DNA of 63,945 nucleotides, filler included, from Parachlamydiales bacterium (GTDB taxonomy: Bacteria; Chlamydiota; Chlamydiia; Chlamydiales; Parachlamydiaceae), in the NCBI GenBank assembly GCA_020051075.1. It is 4 parts of 4 records of this genome, joined end to end, with 100 filler letters (N's around TTAATTAATTAA, not from the genome) between each part and the next. Parts side by side here need not be neighbours in the genome. Positions count along the whole stretch, not along the records: positions 1 to 21,889 come from JAGVJP010000030.1; 3 more parts are not named here. One strand, 5' to 3'. Below, in pieces: positions 1 through 9,237 of the stretch (positions are counted from its first letter, which is position 1; every line of letters begins with the position of its first letter). Below the pieces are notes generated by a model. It had not been told where the DNA came from, did no database searches, and was given only the letters and a program-made list of their open reading frames with translations. The translations under genes and the position numbers were made by a program.

Positions 1-45
1 CCCACAGTGAGAGCAAGCGTAACGAACAGGAAGGATTAAAAACAA

Positions 46-98
46 GCGCGATTCATCCCAGACCTGAAGGACTGGGTTTTCTCGCGTCCACGGATAAA
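46..98 (-). mobile_element. IS200/IS605-family left end (subterminal hairpin), element body extends off the left edge
   Basis: Minus strand reads TTTAT-CCGTGGACGCGAGAAAA-CCCAGTCC-TTCA-GGTCTGGG-ATGAATCGCGC; close match to 21791-21843, which abuts a TnpA C-terminus. Confidence 0.75.
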
Positions 99-125
99 TC
101 TCCCTCCAGAAATGGAGGGAGATTT
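96..125 (-). terminator. Intrinsic terminator-like hairpin downstream of the MerR gene
   Basis: AAATCTCCCTCCA-GAAA-TGGAGGGAGATTT perfect 13-bp stem, 7 nt past the stop codon. Confidence 0.75.
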
Positions 126-132
126 TGGAATA

Positions 133-894
133 TTATGAGAGTTGTCTCTCCGCAAACACTTTCATCGCTTCCGCCATAAATGTGGCGAGCTCGGAATGAA
201 AAGGGTCCAGCTGTTTTCTGAATTCAGGATGTTCTTGGTACAGCTGCGCTAGTGCCCTGTAGACTTCTTGAGTAGCATTATGAATCTGCTCTGTAAATGC
301 ATGGTGTCTCTTGATGATCAGCTGCACTTCATCTGAAGCAGGCTCTAGGCCTTTTTCGATACACTGAACGAGCTCTTTAAAGAGAGAGTGGGAGGCCTTG
401 GTAATATTCTCGTAGAACGTTTTTTCCCTTTTCTCAACAGTTGGATTTTTTACACTTTTTAGAACGATTGCTTCGGCAGCAAAATAGGGCTCGCCTTCTT
501 TCGCTAACTTCACTATTCCAATACTGAATCCATTGAAAATTTCATTGTCTTTCATTCTTTTCTTCCCCTGCAAATGTTGGATTGTTTTATCGATGGTCTT
601 AAGCAGCAGCCCTATTTTCTCCCATTCGCAATTAAGAGACTTGCGATGAGAATAAAGGGCTGAGAGCTGGTCAAAATCGTCTCGTCCCAGAACCTTGTGG
701 ATCTGTTTCAAAGAAAAGCCAAGCTCTTTAAAAAAGAGAATCTGCTGAAGCTGCAATAGTTCCTTTTCTTCGTAGTATCGGTAGCCATTAGAGCCATGAT
801 AGGCTGGTTTGAGCAGGCCGATTTCCTCGTAGAAATGGAGAGTGCGTATCGTCACTCCAGAGAGCTCGCTTAATTTTTTAACTGTGTAAGCCAT
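133..894 (-). CDS. MerR-family regulator, TipA/Mta type (HTH + TipAS-like domain)
   Basis: YTVKKLSELSGVTIRTLHFYEEIGLLKP...NGYRYY HTH; C-terminal YRALAQLYQEHPEFRKQLD TipAS-like segment. Confidence 0.9.
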   Translation of the reverse strand: MAYTVKKLSELSGVTIRTLHFYEEIGLLKPAYHGSNGYRYYEEKELLQLQQILFFKELGFSLKQIHKVLGRDDFDQLSALYSHRKSLNCEWEKIGLLLKTIDKTIQHLQGKKRMKDNEIFNGFSIGIVKLAKEGEPYFAAEAIVLKSVKNPTVEKREKTFYENITKASHSLFKELVQCIEKGLEPASDEVQLIIKRHHAFTEQIHNATQEVYRALAQLYQEHPEFRKQLDPFHSELATFMAEAMKVFAERQLS

Positions 895-941
895 TGATTT
901 ACTTGTCCTTTAATATCCCTTTGATTTTAAAGAATGTGCCC

Positions 942-973
942 ATTATAAGGAATGACGTATACGTGAGGGTCAA
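942..973 (-). promoter_or_regulatory. MerR-type promoter with long spacer and operator palindrome
   Basis: TTGACC-20 nt-TATAAT on minus strand; spacer holds perfect palindrome ACGTATACGT (955-964). Confidence 0.8.
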
Positions 974-1084
974 GCATCTGTTGTTTAAAATAAATAATAA
1001 ATGACTTTGTCCGGGTCCTTGCATAATTCAACTATTTCAAGCTAAACTGGATAAGTTCGATCCAATTTTTTTAGGTATTCAGAA

Positions 1085-1645
1085 ATGAATGAGAAAAAAC
1101 CGATCTCATCTGCGCGGATTATGATTTTCGGTATTCCTGGAAGTGGCAAGTCTACTTTTGCAGTTCATCTAGGAAGTCGGTTGAATTTGCCCGTGTTTCA
1201 CTTAGATAAATATTTTTTTATTAAGGATTGGCAAGAACGCGACTACGAAGAGTTTTTGCAGATTCAACGAGGTTTGGTGGAGAAGAATGCATGGATCATT
1301 GATGGTAATGCAACGAGATCCTTGGAAATGCGTTTTAGTCGTGCCGATAGTGTACTCTACTTTCGTTTCAATCGGTTTCTTTGCCTATGGCGTATTTTTA
1401 AGCGATTGGTTTTTAAAGATCATCGAATTTCCGATCGAGCGGAAGGATGCTCAGAAAATGTGCGTTTACGTTTGATCCCTTATTTATGGGGCTTTGATCA
1501 GCGGGTTAGGCTGAACATCCAAAACCTCCGCAAACAGTATCCCGATGCCCTTTTCCATGAATTACGAAATCAGAAGGATCTCGAATTGGTCATGGAGTCG
1601 ACCGCAAAGATGAAGATGCCAGCGCAGCCGAAACCCAAATTTTGA
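1085..1645 (+). CDS. Adenylate-kinase-like P-loop protein (FlaR / topology modulation protein family)
   Basis: IMIFGIPGSGKST Walker A, FHLDKYF, WIIDGN. Confidence 0.8.
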   Translation: MNEKKPISSARIMIFGIPGSGKSTFAVHLGSRLNLPVFHLDKYFFIKDWQERDYEEFLQIQRGLVEKNAWIIDGNATRSLEMRFSRADSVLYFRFNRFLCLWRIFKRLVFKDHRISDRAEGCSENVRLRLIPYLWGFDQRVRLNIQNLRKQYPDALFHELRNQKDLELVMESTAKMKMPAQPKPKF

Positions 1646-1696
1646 AACACGTTCGGTATATATGTTAAAGACAGAGATAAATTAGTGGAGGCTTGT

Positions 1697-2542
1697 GTGG
1701 GGTTGTCATTTAAGGAATTTGAACGGGAAGGATGGGAAAGAGTTGCCGATGACTATCATGATTGTTTTGGCCAGCTTACCCCCATGGCGGCCTTAGCTTT
1801 AATTAATAGTGCCCTACTTAAACGAAACGATAAGGTATTGGATATCGCTTGTGGACCTGGATACGTAGCGGCACTCGCTTCTGAAAAAGGTGGAATCGTT
1901 ACTGGAATTGATTTTTCAAATGCCATGATCCAAAAAGCTAAAACTCTGTATCCCCATATAAATTTTCAGATTATGGATGCTGAAGAATTACAGTTTAGCG
2001 ATGGGATCTTTGATGCGATTTTAATGAACTTTGGGATTCTGCATTTGGCAAAACCAGAGCAGGCCATTGCCGAGGTCTTTCGCGTTTTAAAGCCAGGGGG
2101 CAGATTCCTCTTTACAGTTTGGGATAGACCTATCAGATCAAAAGCGTTTGAGCTTCTTTTGAGCGCCGTCAAAGAAGAGGGAGATTTGAATGTCTCCCTA
2201 CCTGAAGGGCCAGACACTTTCAAGTTCAGCGACCCGAATACCTCGAAGGAAATCCTTTCTCATACTGGTTTCGATATGATCGAATCCACGAGCATCGACT
2301 TGACATGGTCCCTCAATAGTTCTGAAGAATTATTCCAAGCTTATTATAAGGCGGGCGTTCGTATTGGCGAGATTCTTCGTGCTCAGAAACCAGAAGCCAT
2401 TCGCAAAATCATTGAAAAACTGGAGAATACAACAAGAGTATTCCAAAGAGAAGGGAGGCTAGAAATTCCCATTTCTGCACTATTATTTAAAGCCGAAAAG
2501 GTTGACATCAAGAATCAGGCTTTAGAGACCACTCCTGAGTAG
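1697..2542 (+). CDS. Class I SAM-dependent methyltransferase
   Basis: VLDIACGPG motif I, FDAIL, LKPGG; GTG start after GGAGG (ORF open from 1685). Confidence 0.85.
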   Translation: MGLSFKEFEREGWERVADDYHDCFGQLTPMAALALINSALLKRNDKVLDIACGPGYVAALASEKGGIVTGIDFSNAMIQKAKTLYPHINFQIMDAEELQFSDGIFDAILMNFGILHLAKPEQAIAEVFRVLKPGGRFLFTVWDRPIRSKAFELLLSAVKEEGDLNVSLPEGPDTFKFSDPNTSKEILSHTGFDMIESTSIDLTWSLNSSEELFQAYYKAGVRIGEILRAQKPEAIRKIIEKLENTTRVFQREGRLEIPISALLFKAEKVDIKNQALETTPE

Positions 2543-4103
2543 CTATTTTTTCGATAAAAGTCGAATCGTGCGAAATGGCCAAAATGGCGCCTTCAAAATT
2601 CAGGAGCGCTGCTTCAAATGCCTCCAGAGTCAGAAAATCAAGATGGTTGGTAGGCTCGTCCAACAAAAGAACGTTGGGCTTCTCAAAGATCAAAGAAAGC
2701 AGCATGAGGCGTTTTCTCTGCCCTACGCTTAGAGTGGAAAAAGGACGGCTTAAGAGTTCAGATCCCCCAATAGCGGCCTTATGTAATTCGCGCCGAAGCT
2801 CCTCTTCAGTTAAGCTGAATCGGTTTTCAAAGTAGTGCAGAGGTGTTTGTTCCATCGGCAGCAATTCAACTTCTTGATCCAGGTAAGCGATTTTTGCAGT
2901 CGGTGCATATCGAATCTGGCCCGCATCATGAGGCAGCAGACCAGCAATGCAGCGAAGCAGCGTTGTTTTCCCCGTTCCATTGGGACCTGTTAAAACAATT
3001 CGATCCCCTTTACAGATCATCTTGTTAAAACCAGTGAATAGAACCTTTTCGCCAAATGCCTTAGAAACCTGTTCCAATTGAATCGCTACTGAAGAAGCTA
3101 GGGGTGCTGGCAGAAATCTTAGCCCCTTAATAGTTTTTTGCCTCGGATGAGGCAGAGGATTGGCCTCAATTTCTGAAAGCCGAGCCTTTAAAACATCCAA
3201 ATTGCGCTGTAGAGATTTTTGATGCTTTTCACCTCTTCGATCAAAAGCCATGAGATTGCGATCTTTTGGAGCAGAGAATTTTACTTTGGAGACGCTCTCT
3301 GCCTTGATTTTCTGTTTTAAAAGAACTCTTTCCTCTTCCTGTGCTTCGAAAGCTTTCAATTGTCTTTCCTCAAGACGAGCTCGTTCTTGCAGGTAGAAAT
3401 CATAGTTTCCTCCATAGCAAACGAGCTTGCTGTTTTTAATTTCAATCAGCCGATTGCAGGTGGCATTTAAAAACTTGCGATCGTGTGAAACAACGATCGT
3501 TGCTCCTTCTCGAGCCAATAACATCTTCTCCAACCATTCAAGCATTTCCAGATCCAAATGGTTGGTGGGCTCGTCTAGTAAAAGAAGATCGGGGTTTTCG
3601 ATGAGCGCTTTAGCCAATGCTATCCGGACTCTTTGCCCGCTACTCAGCGATGCCATGGGGAGATCAAGCGAGGATGCATCTAGTTTGAGTCCTCTCAAAA
3701 TCTTCTCAATCGGCATACGTCGATAGCCGCCAAGTTGTTCATATTGCTCATGGAGCTCCGACCAACCGATCAGGTTCTCTTCCTCCAAACAGACTGCCAT
3801 TTGCCGTTCAAGTTCCGAAAGAGTCCCCTCTTCGATATATGCTCTGGCGCATATGTCTGTGGCTGGTAGTAAGACCTCTTGCGGTAGATGCCCAACGCTC
3901 AAATGAGAAGCTCTACTGAAATGGCCCGCGTCTGGAATGGATGCGCCCGTTAAAAGCTGCAAAAGCGTTGTTTTTCCTGCGCCATTTTCGCCTATGAGCG
4001 CAAAAATCTCTCCTTGGTTGATCGACAAAGAGATATCGTCAAAAAGTGAAAAAGAATCAAAAGATTTAAAAAGATGCGAAAATTGAATAAGGAGCCGAGA
4101 CAT
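2508..4103 (-). CDS. ABC-F ribosome-associated ATPase, paralog 1 (possible ribosomal protection)
   Basis: Two NBDs (GENGAGKTT, GPNGTGKTT; LLLDEPTNHLD twice), charged linker, no TM segments. Confidence 0.9.
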   Translation of the reverse strand: MSRLLIQFSHLFKSFDSFSLFDDISLSINQGEIFALIGENGAGKTTLLQLLTGASIPDAGHFSRASHLSVGHLPQEVLLPATDICARAYIEEGTLSELERQMAVCLEEENLIGWSELHEQYEQLGGYRRMPIEKILRGLKLDASSLDLPMASLSSGQRVRIALAKALIENPDLLLLDEPTNHLDLEMLEWLEKMLLAREGATIVVSHDRKFLNATCNRLIEIKNSKLVCYGGNYDFYLQERARLEERQLKAFEAQEEERVLLKQKIKAESVSKVKFSAPKDRNLMAFDRRGEKHQKSLQRNLDVLKARLSEIEANPLPHPRQKTIKGLRFLPAPLASSVAIQLEQVSKAFGEKVLFTGFNKMICKGDRIVLTGPNGTGKTTLLRCIAGLLPHDAGQIRYAPTAKIAYLDQEVELLPMEQTPLHYFENRFSLTEEELRRELHKAAIGGSELLSRPFSTLSVGQRKRLMLLSLIFEKPNVLLLDEPTNHLDFLTLEAFEAALLNFEGAILAISHDSTFIEKIATQEWSLKPDS

Positions 4104-4221
4104 AAGTTTGATCCTGGGTTGTATTTTAGTTACAGATTGGATTCAAACTTATTTTCTCATTGGACGAGGCTCCTTCAGAAGGTTATAGCTTTATTTTAAC
4201 GCATATTTGAGTTTCTTTCAA
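4103..4221 (-). promoter_or_regulatory. ABC-F leader: sigma70-type promoter plus RBS-sequestering hairpin
   Basis: TTGAAA-17-TAAAAT (4221-4193); TAAGTTTGAATCC pairs with GGATCAAACTTA covering RBS/start. Confidence 0.7.
4149..4160 (-). CDS. 3-codon leader uORF (MRK*) of ABC-F paralog 1
   Basis: AAGGAG SD (4170-4175) then ATG AGA AAA TAA; positionally conserved in paralog 2 leader. Confidence 0.7.
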   Translation of the reverse strand: MRK

Positions 4222-4285
4222 TGCTTTTTTATACCCAAATAAATTCAAAAGCTGAAGTTGTTTGGGTATAAATCGAGTGGCGAAC

Positions 4286-4600
4286 CTACAAAAATTTTCT
4301 GTAGTCTGTTTTGAAAACCTTGGCCAACCTCAACGCCATCACTTTACCGATCGGACGTTTCCCATTTTCCATTTCGCTAATATGATTCTGAGAAATCCCC
4401 AAAGCATCCGCTAGATCTTTTTGAGTCATCTCAGCTTTATGACGGTTCCCCTTAAGCAAAAATCCAGCTTCTCCATATTTCTCAAGCTCATCTTTAAACA
4501 CTTCACGCCAAGGAATAGATTCCTTTTCTGACTTAGACTTTACTTTTGTTTTAGGTGTTACAGCTCTTCTAGTACGGTGCGTTTTCGTGGGTGCCGACAT
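4286..4600 (-). CDS. Xre/HTH antitoxin (HigA-like)
   Basis: MTQKDLADALGISQNHISEMENGKRPI HTH_3; directly downstream of toxin-like gene. Confidence 0.8.
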   Translation of the reverse strand: MSAPTKTHRTRRAVTPKTKVKSKSEKESIPWREVFKDELEKYGEAGFLLKGNRHKAEMTQKDLADALGISQNHISEMENGKRPIGKVMALRLAKVFKTDYRKFL

Positions 4601-4886
4601 AAAATATCTCAATGATTTTAATTTTTTTATTCACAACTTGCCAACAAACCACATAGGTAGGTCGGCCATTTTTAATGTGACAATGGTGCGAATCTCCAGG
4701 AACACCTTTTGCCTTTCCAAGCGGGCTGTAATGCGACCATTCGCGTTGAACAGGACCTTTGTGCTCTAAATCCCAAGTCAAGTCAAGCAATCGAGAGGTC
4801 AAGGACTCTGGTAGCTTCATTTTCTGTTTTGCGGCTTTTGCCGAATATTCTACTGTCCATGGCCTTGTCGTTTTCGATTCGCTCAT
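4569..4886 (-). CDS. RelE/HigB-like toxin
   Basis: 105 aa; WTVEYSAKAAKQ...HHCHIK...YVVCW...IEIFYVGTHENAPY RelE-type fold; toxin-first order. Confidence 0.7.
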   Translation of the reverse strand: MSESKTTRPWTVEYSAKAAKQKMKLPESLTSRLLDLTWDLEHKGPVQREWSHYSPLGKAKGVPGDSHHCHIKNGRPTYVVCWQVVNKKIKIIEIFYVGTHENAPY

Positions 4887-4906
4887 GTCGACCTGCTTTG
4901 AACTTT

Positions 4907-4936
4907 ATTATATGCCAGTCAATGGTATATTATCAA
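4907..4936 (-). promoter_or_regulatory. TA promoter with overlapping imperfect inverted repeat
   Basis: TTGATA-18-TATAAT; ATATGCCA-N5-TGGTATAT in the spacer. Confidence 0.5.
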
Positions 4937-5061
4937 CGATGTTTATGACACTGAAGCCGCAGCAGCTTCAGATCGCTCATGTTGCTTATCCTCAGCATTT
5001 AGGAATTTAATTAGTTTTTTAAAAAAAGAAATGAACACGAGAATCCCTTATAATCAAAGAT

Positions 5062-5358
5062 TTACAAATTAATCAGCTTGATGACCTCAATAGGGCTTGC
5101 TAGCCATTCCTTAAAAGCAAGTTTTATGGCTTGCGTATAGCTTTGCTCGAGATAACAATTGTAAGCTTCTTGCGAATCAAATACTTCATAAAGATAAAGA
5201 GATTTATCACCATCAGTTGACGATCCGTGTAAAGCGAAGACTCTAACTCCAGGCTCTTTAAGGACTTTCGGAACGACATCTAAAATAGCGTTCTTAAGAT
5301 TCTCATAAAACTCGGGTTTAGGAGTAATCTTCAGAAAAAGCACAATCTGTTTGTCCAT
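5062..5358 (-). CDS. ABM-family (quinol monooxygenase-like) protein
   Basis: KEPGVRVFALH...LYLYEVFDSQEA, 98 aa. Confidence 0.75.
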   Translation of the reverse strand: MDKQIVLFLKITPKPEFYENLKNAILDVVPKVLKEPGVRVFALHGSSTDGDKSLYLYEVFDSQEAYNCYLEQSYTQAIKLAFKEWLASPIEVIKLINL

Positions 5359-5537
5359 AGCTGGCTCCTACAAATGAGTTGTGAAAAATTTTAGCAGATT
5401 TGCGACTTTTTTGCGGATAATTATGTTGTGTGGAAACTTAAGTTTGTCGAGAATTTACTCCAATGTGGGAAAAGACAACACATAACTGACTATGCAGCAT
5501 ATGAGCGCAATAAGTTATCGAAGGAGAAATTTATAAA

Positions 5538-6263
5538 ATGCAGAATTCGTTGAAAAAGCAAATTATTATTCATGGTGGTGGCGGGTTTTCGAGATATGGG
5601 TCATATAGTCCTTCAAATTTGCTCATAGAGAAGTATTTTCTCGATCAAACTCTCAACAAATGTCCCCGTATTTGCTTTATTCCTACCGCCAGTGGCGAGT
5701 CATTGAAGTACATTGTAGACTTCTATCGAGCTTTTGGAGCTTTCGAATGTAAGCCGTCTCATCTTTCTTTATTCGATCCGCCAACTGCTGACATTGAGTC
5801 TTATCTTCTGGGGCATGACGCCATATATGTCGGTGGAGGAAATACCAAAAGCATGCTTGCCTTATGGAAGGAATGGAAGTTGGATGTTTACCTAAGGAAA
5901 GCATGGACTCAGGGTATTGTTTTAGGAGGAATCAGTGCGGGGGGATTATGCTGGTTTGAAGAAGGTGTAACAGATTCAATTCCAGGTCCTCTCACCCCTT
6001 TAAAATGTTTAGGATTTTTGCCGGGCAGTCACTGTCCACATTATGATGGAGAAGTGGAAAGAAGACCCGCTTACCATAGAATGGTTAAAGAAGGGATGGC
6101 AAGTGGAATTGCAGTTGATGACCATGTTGCATTACATTACATCGATGGAAAGTTAGAAAAAGTGGTCAAGGCAAATGCAGAGGGAGCTGCTTATCATGTG
6201 CACGTTCTTAACGGTCGATTAATGGAAGAAAAAATTGAAGCTGTTGATCTTCAAACTTCATAG
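5538..6263 (+). CDS. pepE: Peptidase E (S51 family)
   Basis: FIPTASG, YVGGGNT, GISAG nucleophile, CPHY. Confidence 0.85.
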   Translation: MQNSLKKQIIIHGGGGFSRYGSYSPSNLLIEKYFLDQTLNKCPRICFIPTASGESLKYIVDFYRAFGAFECKPSHLSLFDPPTADIESYLLGHDAIYVGGGNTKSMLALWKEWKLDVYLRKAWTQGIVLGGISAGGLCWFEEGVTDSIPGPLTPLKCLGFLPGSHCPHYDGEVERRPAYHRMVKEGMASGIAVDDHVALHYIDGKLEKVVKANAEGAAYHVHVLNGRLMEEKIEAVDLQTS

Positions 6264-6364
6264 GATTCGAAATTGTAGTTTGAGACTCTGCATATCCTAC
6301 GCGAAAGTCACCTAAGAAGAGTATTCCGATCAAAAGCATGACCATCGAAATGTGAGGTCTCTTT

Positions 6365-6934
6365 TTACTCATGTGTCGCACGTCTTTGCCATTCGCTTGC
6401 ATTTAGTCTATACAGGACATGCCTTCTCAACGGGTGCCCCTCTGGCATCTTTGGATGATCGAAATCGTCTTTTGGATCGTGGTGCATGCCAATTCTCTCC
6501 ATGACAGCTCTTGATCGCATATTTTGAACCGTGGCAAAAGAGACGATCGTTTCCAATTGTAACTTCTCAAACCCATACTTAAGAGATGCTAGGGCGCCTT
6601 CCGTGGCGTACCCCTTTCCCCAATAATCAAAGGCTAGTCGCCATCCGATCTCAACCGCCGGTGTAAAGGGAGCTGTGAAATGGACATCATCCAGACCGAT
6701 AAAACCGATAAACTCGCCTGTTTGGATCAGGGACACAGCCCAAAATCCCCAACCACATCGTTCAATGTGATTGGACGCGATCTTAACAGATGCATCACTT
6801 TCTTCTCGGGTCTTGAGACTTGGAAAATATTCCATGACTCTTGGATCAGCATTTAGCCTGGCAAAAGGTTCTAGGTCTTCTTCTTTCCAGGGACGTAGAA
6901 GCAATCGTTCGGTTTTAATCGTATTGTCTTTCAT
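6365..6934 (-). CDS. GNAT acetyltransferase, RimJ/RimL type
   Basis: IKTERLLLRPW, VEIGWRL, WGKGYATE, NMRSRAVMERIGM. Confidence 0.9.
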   Translation of the reverse strand: MKDNTIKTERLLLRPWKEEDLEPFARLNADPRVMEYFPSLKTREESDASVKIASNHIERCGWGFWAVSLIQTGEFIGFIGLDDVHFTAPFTPAVEIGWRLAFDYWGKGYATEGALASLKYGFEKLQLETIVSFATVQNMRSRAVMERIGMHHDPKDDFDHPKMPEGHPLRRHVLYRLNASEWQRRATHE

Positions 6935-7069
6935 AGTATTAAATTGAGGGGGTTTTCTTGAGGAGAATACCATTAGATTGTCTATGATTTCCATAGAAAA
7001 TATTAACGCTGAAGTTTATATTTTCTAAATCCTGTAGTGGGATTGATTAAAGCTGCAAGAGAGGCATTC

Positions 7070-7645
7070 ATGTTGAATCCAGATTTCTCCTACGAAGATA
7101 AGATATTCAAATCGCTGGATTTAAAAGGAAAAAGCCTCAAGAAGAGCGTATTTGATGACGTTGCATTTGAGAGTTGCCATTTTGTGGAGAGTGATTGGAG
7201 CCAAGCTCAATTCAATGGGTGTCGATTTAAAAACTGCAACTTAAGCCTTGTCAATCTGAAAGGATGCCGGTTTCAGCAAGTAGTGTTTGAGGAATGCAAA
7301 ATCGTCGGGCTGGACTTATACAGGTGCGAAAAGGTTCTTCATGTCTCGTTTAATAAGAGCATCTTGCTGACGTGCAATTTCACTGACTTGAAGTTAAAAG
7401 GGACATCTTTCGTTGGATCGAAAATTAGAGAGGTTTATTTCACTAATACAGACCTTTCCGAAGCCAACTTTACCGATACAGATCTGATGGGAACAACCTT
7501 CCATCAATGCAATTTGACAAAAGCTGATTTCAGGAACGCCAAAAATTATTGCATTGATTTGCAGACGAATAACGTAAAGAAGGCCCTGTTCTCCTTCCCC
7601 GAAGCGATGAGTCTTTTGCAATGCTTTGATATCGTGGTTTCATAA
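7070..7645 (+). CDS. Pentapeptide-repeat protein (Qnr/MfpA-like fold)
   Basis: Continuous (A/C)x(F/L)xx pentapeptide repeats; AGAGG SD before ATG 7070. Confidence 0.85.
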   Translation: MLNPDFSYEDKIFKSLDLKGKSLKKSVFDDVAFESCHFVESDWSQAQFNGCRFKNCNLSLVNLKGCRFQQVVFEECKIVGLDLYRCEKVLHVSFNKSILLTCNFTDLKLKGTSFVGSKIREVYFTNTDLSEANFTDTDLMGTTFHQCNLTKADFRNAKNYCIDLQTNNVKKALFSFPEAMSLLQCFDIVVS

Positions 7646-8530
7646 AGAAATTATTGTTTCAAGAAACAGGCGGTTAAATTGGTATACGCGAGCGTGCGTA
7701 CTTTCCCATGTTCCACTTTTGACCAAAAAGCCAATGGTAGAAAAAGCTCTGCTAAGGCGCAAAAGCGGCATCATGGCGCTGTAATCAGGGACAGGTCGAA
7801 TACTTGTATATCCTGCTAAAAAAGACTGTTTGGTTTCTGGCGTGGTCGGCCACTCCCCGTGTTCCATAGGACAAAAATCTTCCTGCGCAAAACTTGCACG
7901 TCCCGAAGACCAATCGATAATTCCTTGAAGTTTACTCTCATCCACCATCACATTTCCAGGTCGAAAATCACGGTGTATCAGACAAGGGCCATCCGCTGAC
8001 ATCAAGAGATGAACATGTGTGTCATAATACCTGCGGCATCGTTCAAGCAGTGCTTTTGGCAGGTTCTCGCTACATTCAGCAAATCCCTCTTCGAATTTAA
8101 GAGTAAAATATGTACGTGGGTCAGGATATAAATTCTGCGGCTGCATCAGATCGCCATAGCAGGTGACGCGATTGAGATGAATGCACGCCAGAACCGAACC
8201 TAATTCATAGGCCATCGAATCGGTCAAGTCCGCTGCCTTAAGCAGGGCTCCAGGGAAACACTGCATTAAAATAGCTCCAGGAATATCAGGTCCCGGTTCT
8301 ACATGCTGCAGAATAAACGGCACCGGTATTTTTCCGGCGAGGTGCTTCAGAAAATACATTTCGTTCCAATAATCTTTAGCACGCGTGCATATTTTTAAAA
8401 TGAGCTGCGTACCGGTCGGCTGGATAACCTTATAGACGATTGCAACCATGGCATCCTCATGGTCTATCCGTGAAAAGGTAGCGTCTTGGAGGTTAAGATG
8501 GTGCTGATACTTCGTAATGAGATTATCCAT
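7640..8530 (-). CDS. Aminoglycoside phosphotransferase-family kinase
   Basis: LIHRDFRPGN and GIIDW motifs. Confidence 0.85.
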   Translation of the reverse strand: MDNLITKYQHHLNLQDATFSRIDHEDAMVAIVYKVIQPTGTQLILKICTRAKDYWNEMYFLKHLAGKIPVPFILQHVEPGPDIPGAILMQCFPGALLKAADLTDSMAYELGSVLACIHLNRVTCYGDLMQPQNLYPDPRTYFTLKFEEGFAECSENLPKALLERCRRYYDTHVHLLMSADGPCLIHRDFRPGNVMVDESKLQGIIDWSSGRASFAQEDFCPMEHGEWPTTPETKQSFLAGYTSIRPVPDYSAMMPLLRLSRAFSTIGFLVKSGTWESTHARVYQFNRLFLETIISL

Positions 8531-8553
8531 GTTAAGCCTGCTGAGGGTGCTTC

Positions 8554-9237
8554 TTATTTTTTATGCGCAATCACTTCAAAAACATGAGAGTGAATAGGGC
8601 GGCCAGTACCGCTGAAGCCATCTTGCTCCGTTTCTTTAAAGTGCGCAATTTCAAAATCTTGAAAAAGTTCGATGACTTCTTCCCGTTTAAAAAAAGTCAT
8701 CCCCTTCATTTCTTGAGTCGTAAATCCTTGGTAATTCAATCCGAAAAAATGTCCTGCAAATCTTCCCTTTGGGCTGATATGTTCTTTTATATGGCTCCAG
8801 ACTTTTTTAAATTCCATCTGCTTACAAAAGGGTAAAGCATAGGACGCATAGATAAAATCAACAATCGGTAACGTATTCCAAGTGGATTCATCCTCAAATT
8901 TTGCAACTGCTGAGATTATTTGCTTCGAATCTTTGATGTCAGTGCGCTGTTTGATCAGCTGAATTGCTTTATCTTCACTATCTATGGCCCATACAGTCCA
9001 TCCGTGATTAAGCAGGAAAACAGCCTCATTTCCGACGCCACATCCTAGATCAATGGCTTTCCCCTGATTTTGAAAAAGATGCAGTGCGTCTGCAACAATG
9101 GGACGCGGCGGCAAACCCATTTTATTTTTATAATATTTATCCCATTTCCCATGCTGCAAATAGACTACAAGACCGAATAAAAGAACTGCTCCTGCAATAC
9201 AAACTGTACAACTCTTCTTAAATTTCAGTGAGCGCAT
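8554..9237 (-). CDS. SAM-dependent methyltransferase (TehB-like) with N-terminal hydrophobic anchor
   Basis: AIDLGCGVGNE; HVFEVIAHKK end. Confidence 0.8.
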   Translation of the reverse strand: MRSLKFKKSCTVCIAGAVLLFGLVVYLQHGKWDKYYKNKMGLPPRPIVADALHLFQNQGKAIDLGCGVGNEAVFLLNHGWTVWAIDSEDKAIQLIKQRTDIKDSKQIISAVAKFEDESTWNTLPIVDFIYASYALPFCKQMEFKKVWSHIKEHISPKGRFAGHFFGLNYQGFTTQEMKGMTFFKREEVIELFQDFEIAHFKETEQDGFSGTGRPIHSHVFEVIAHKK

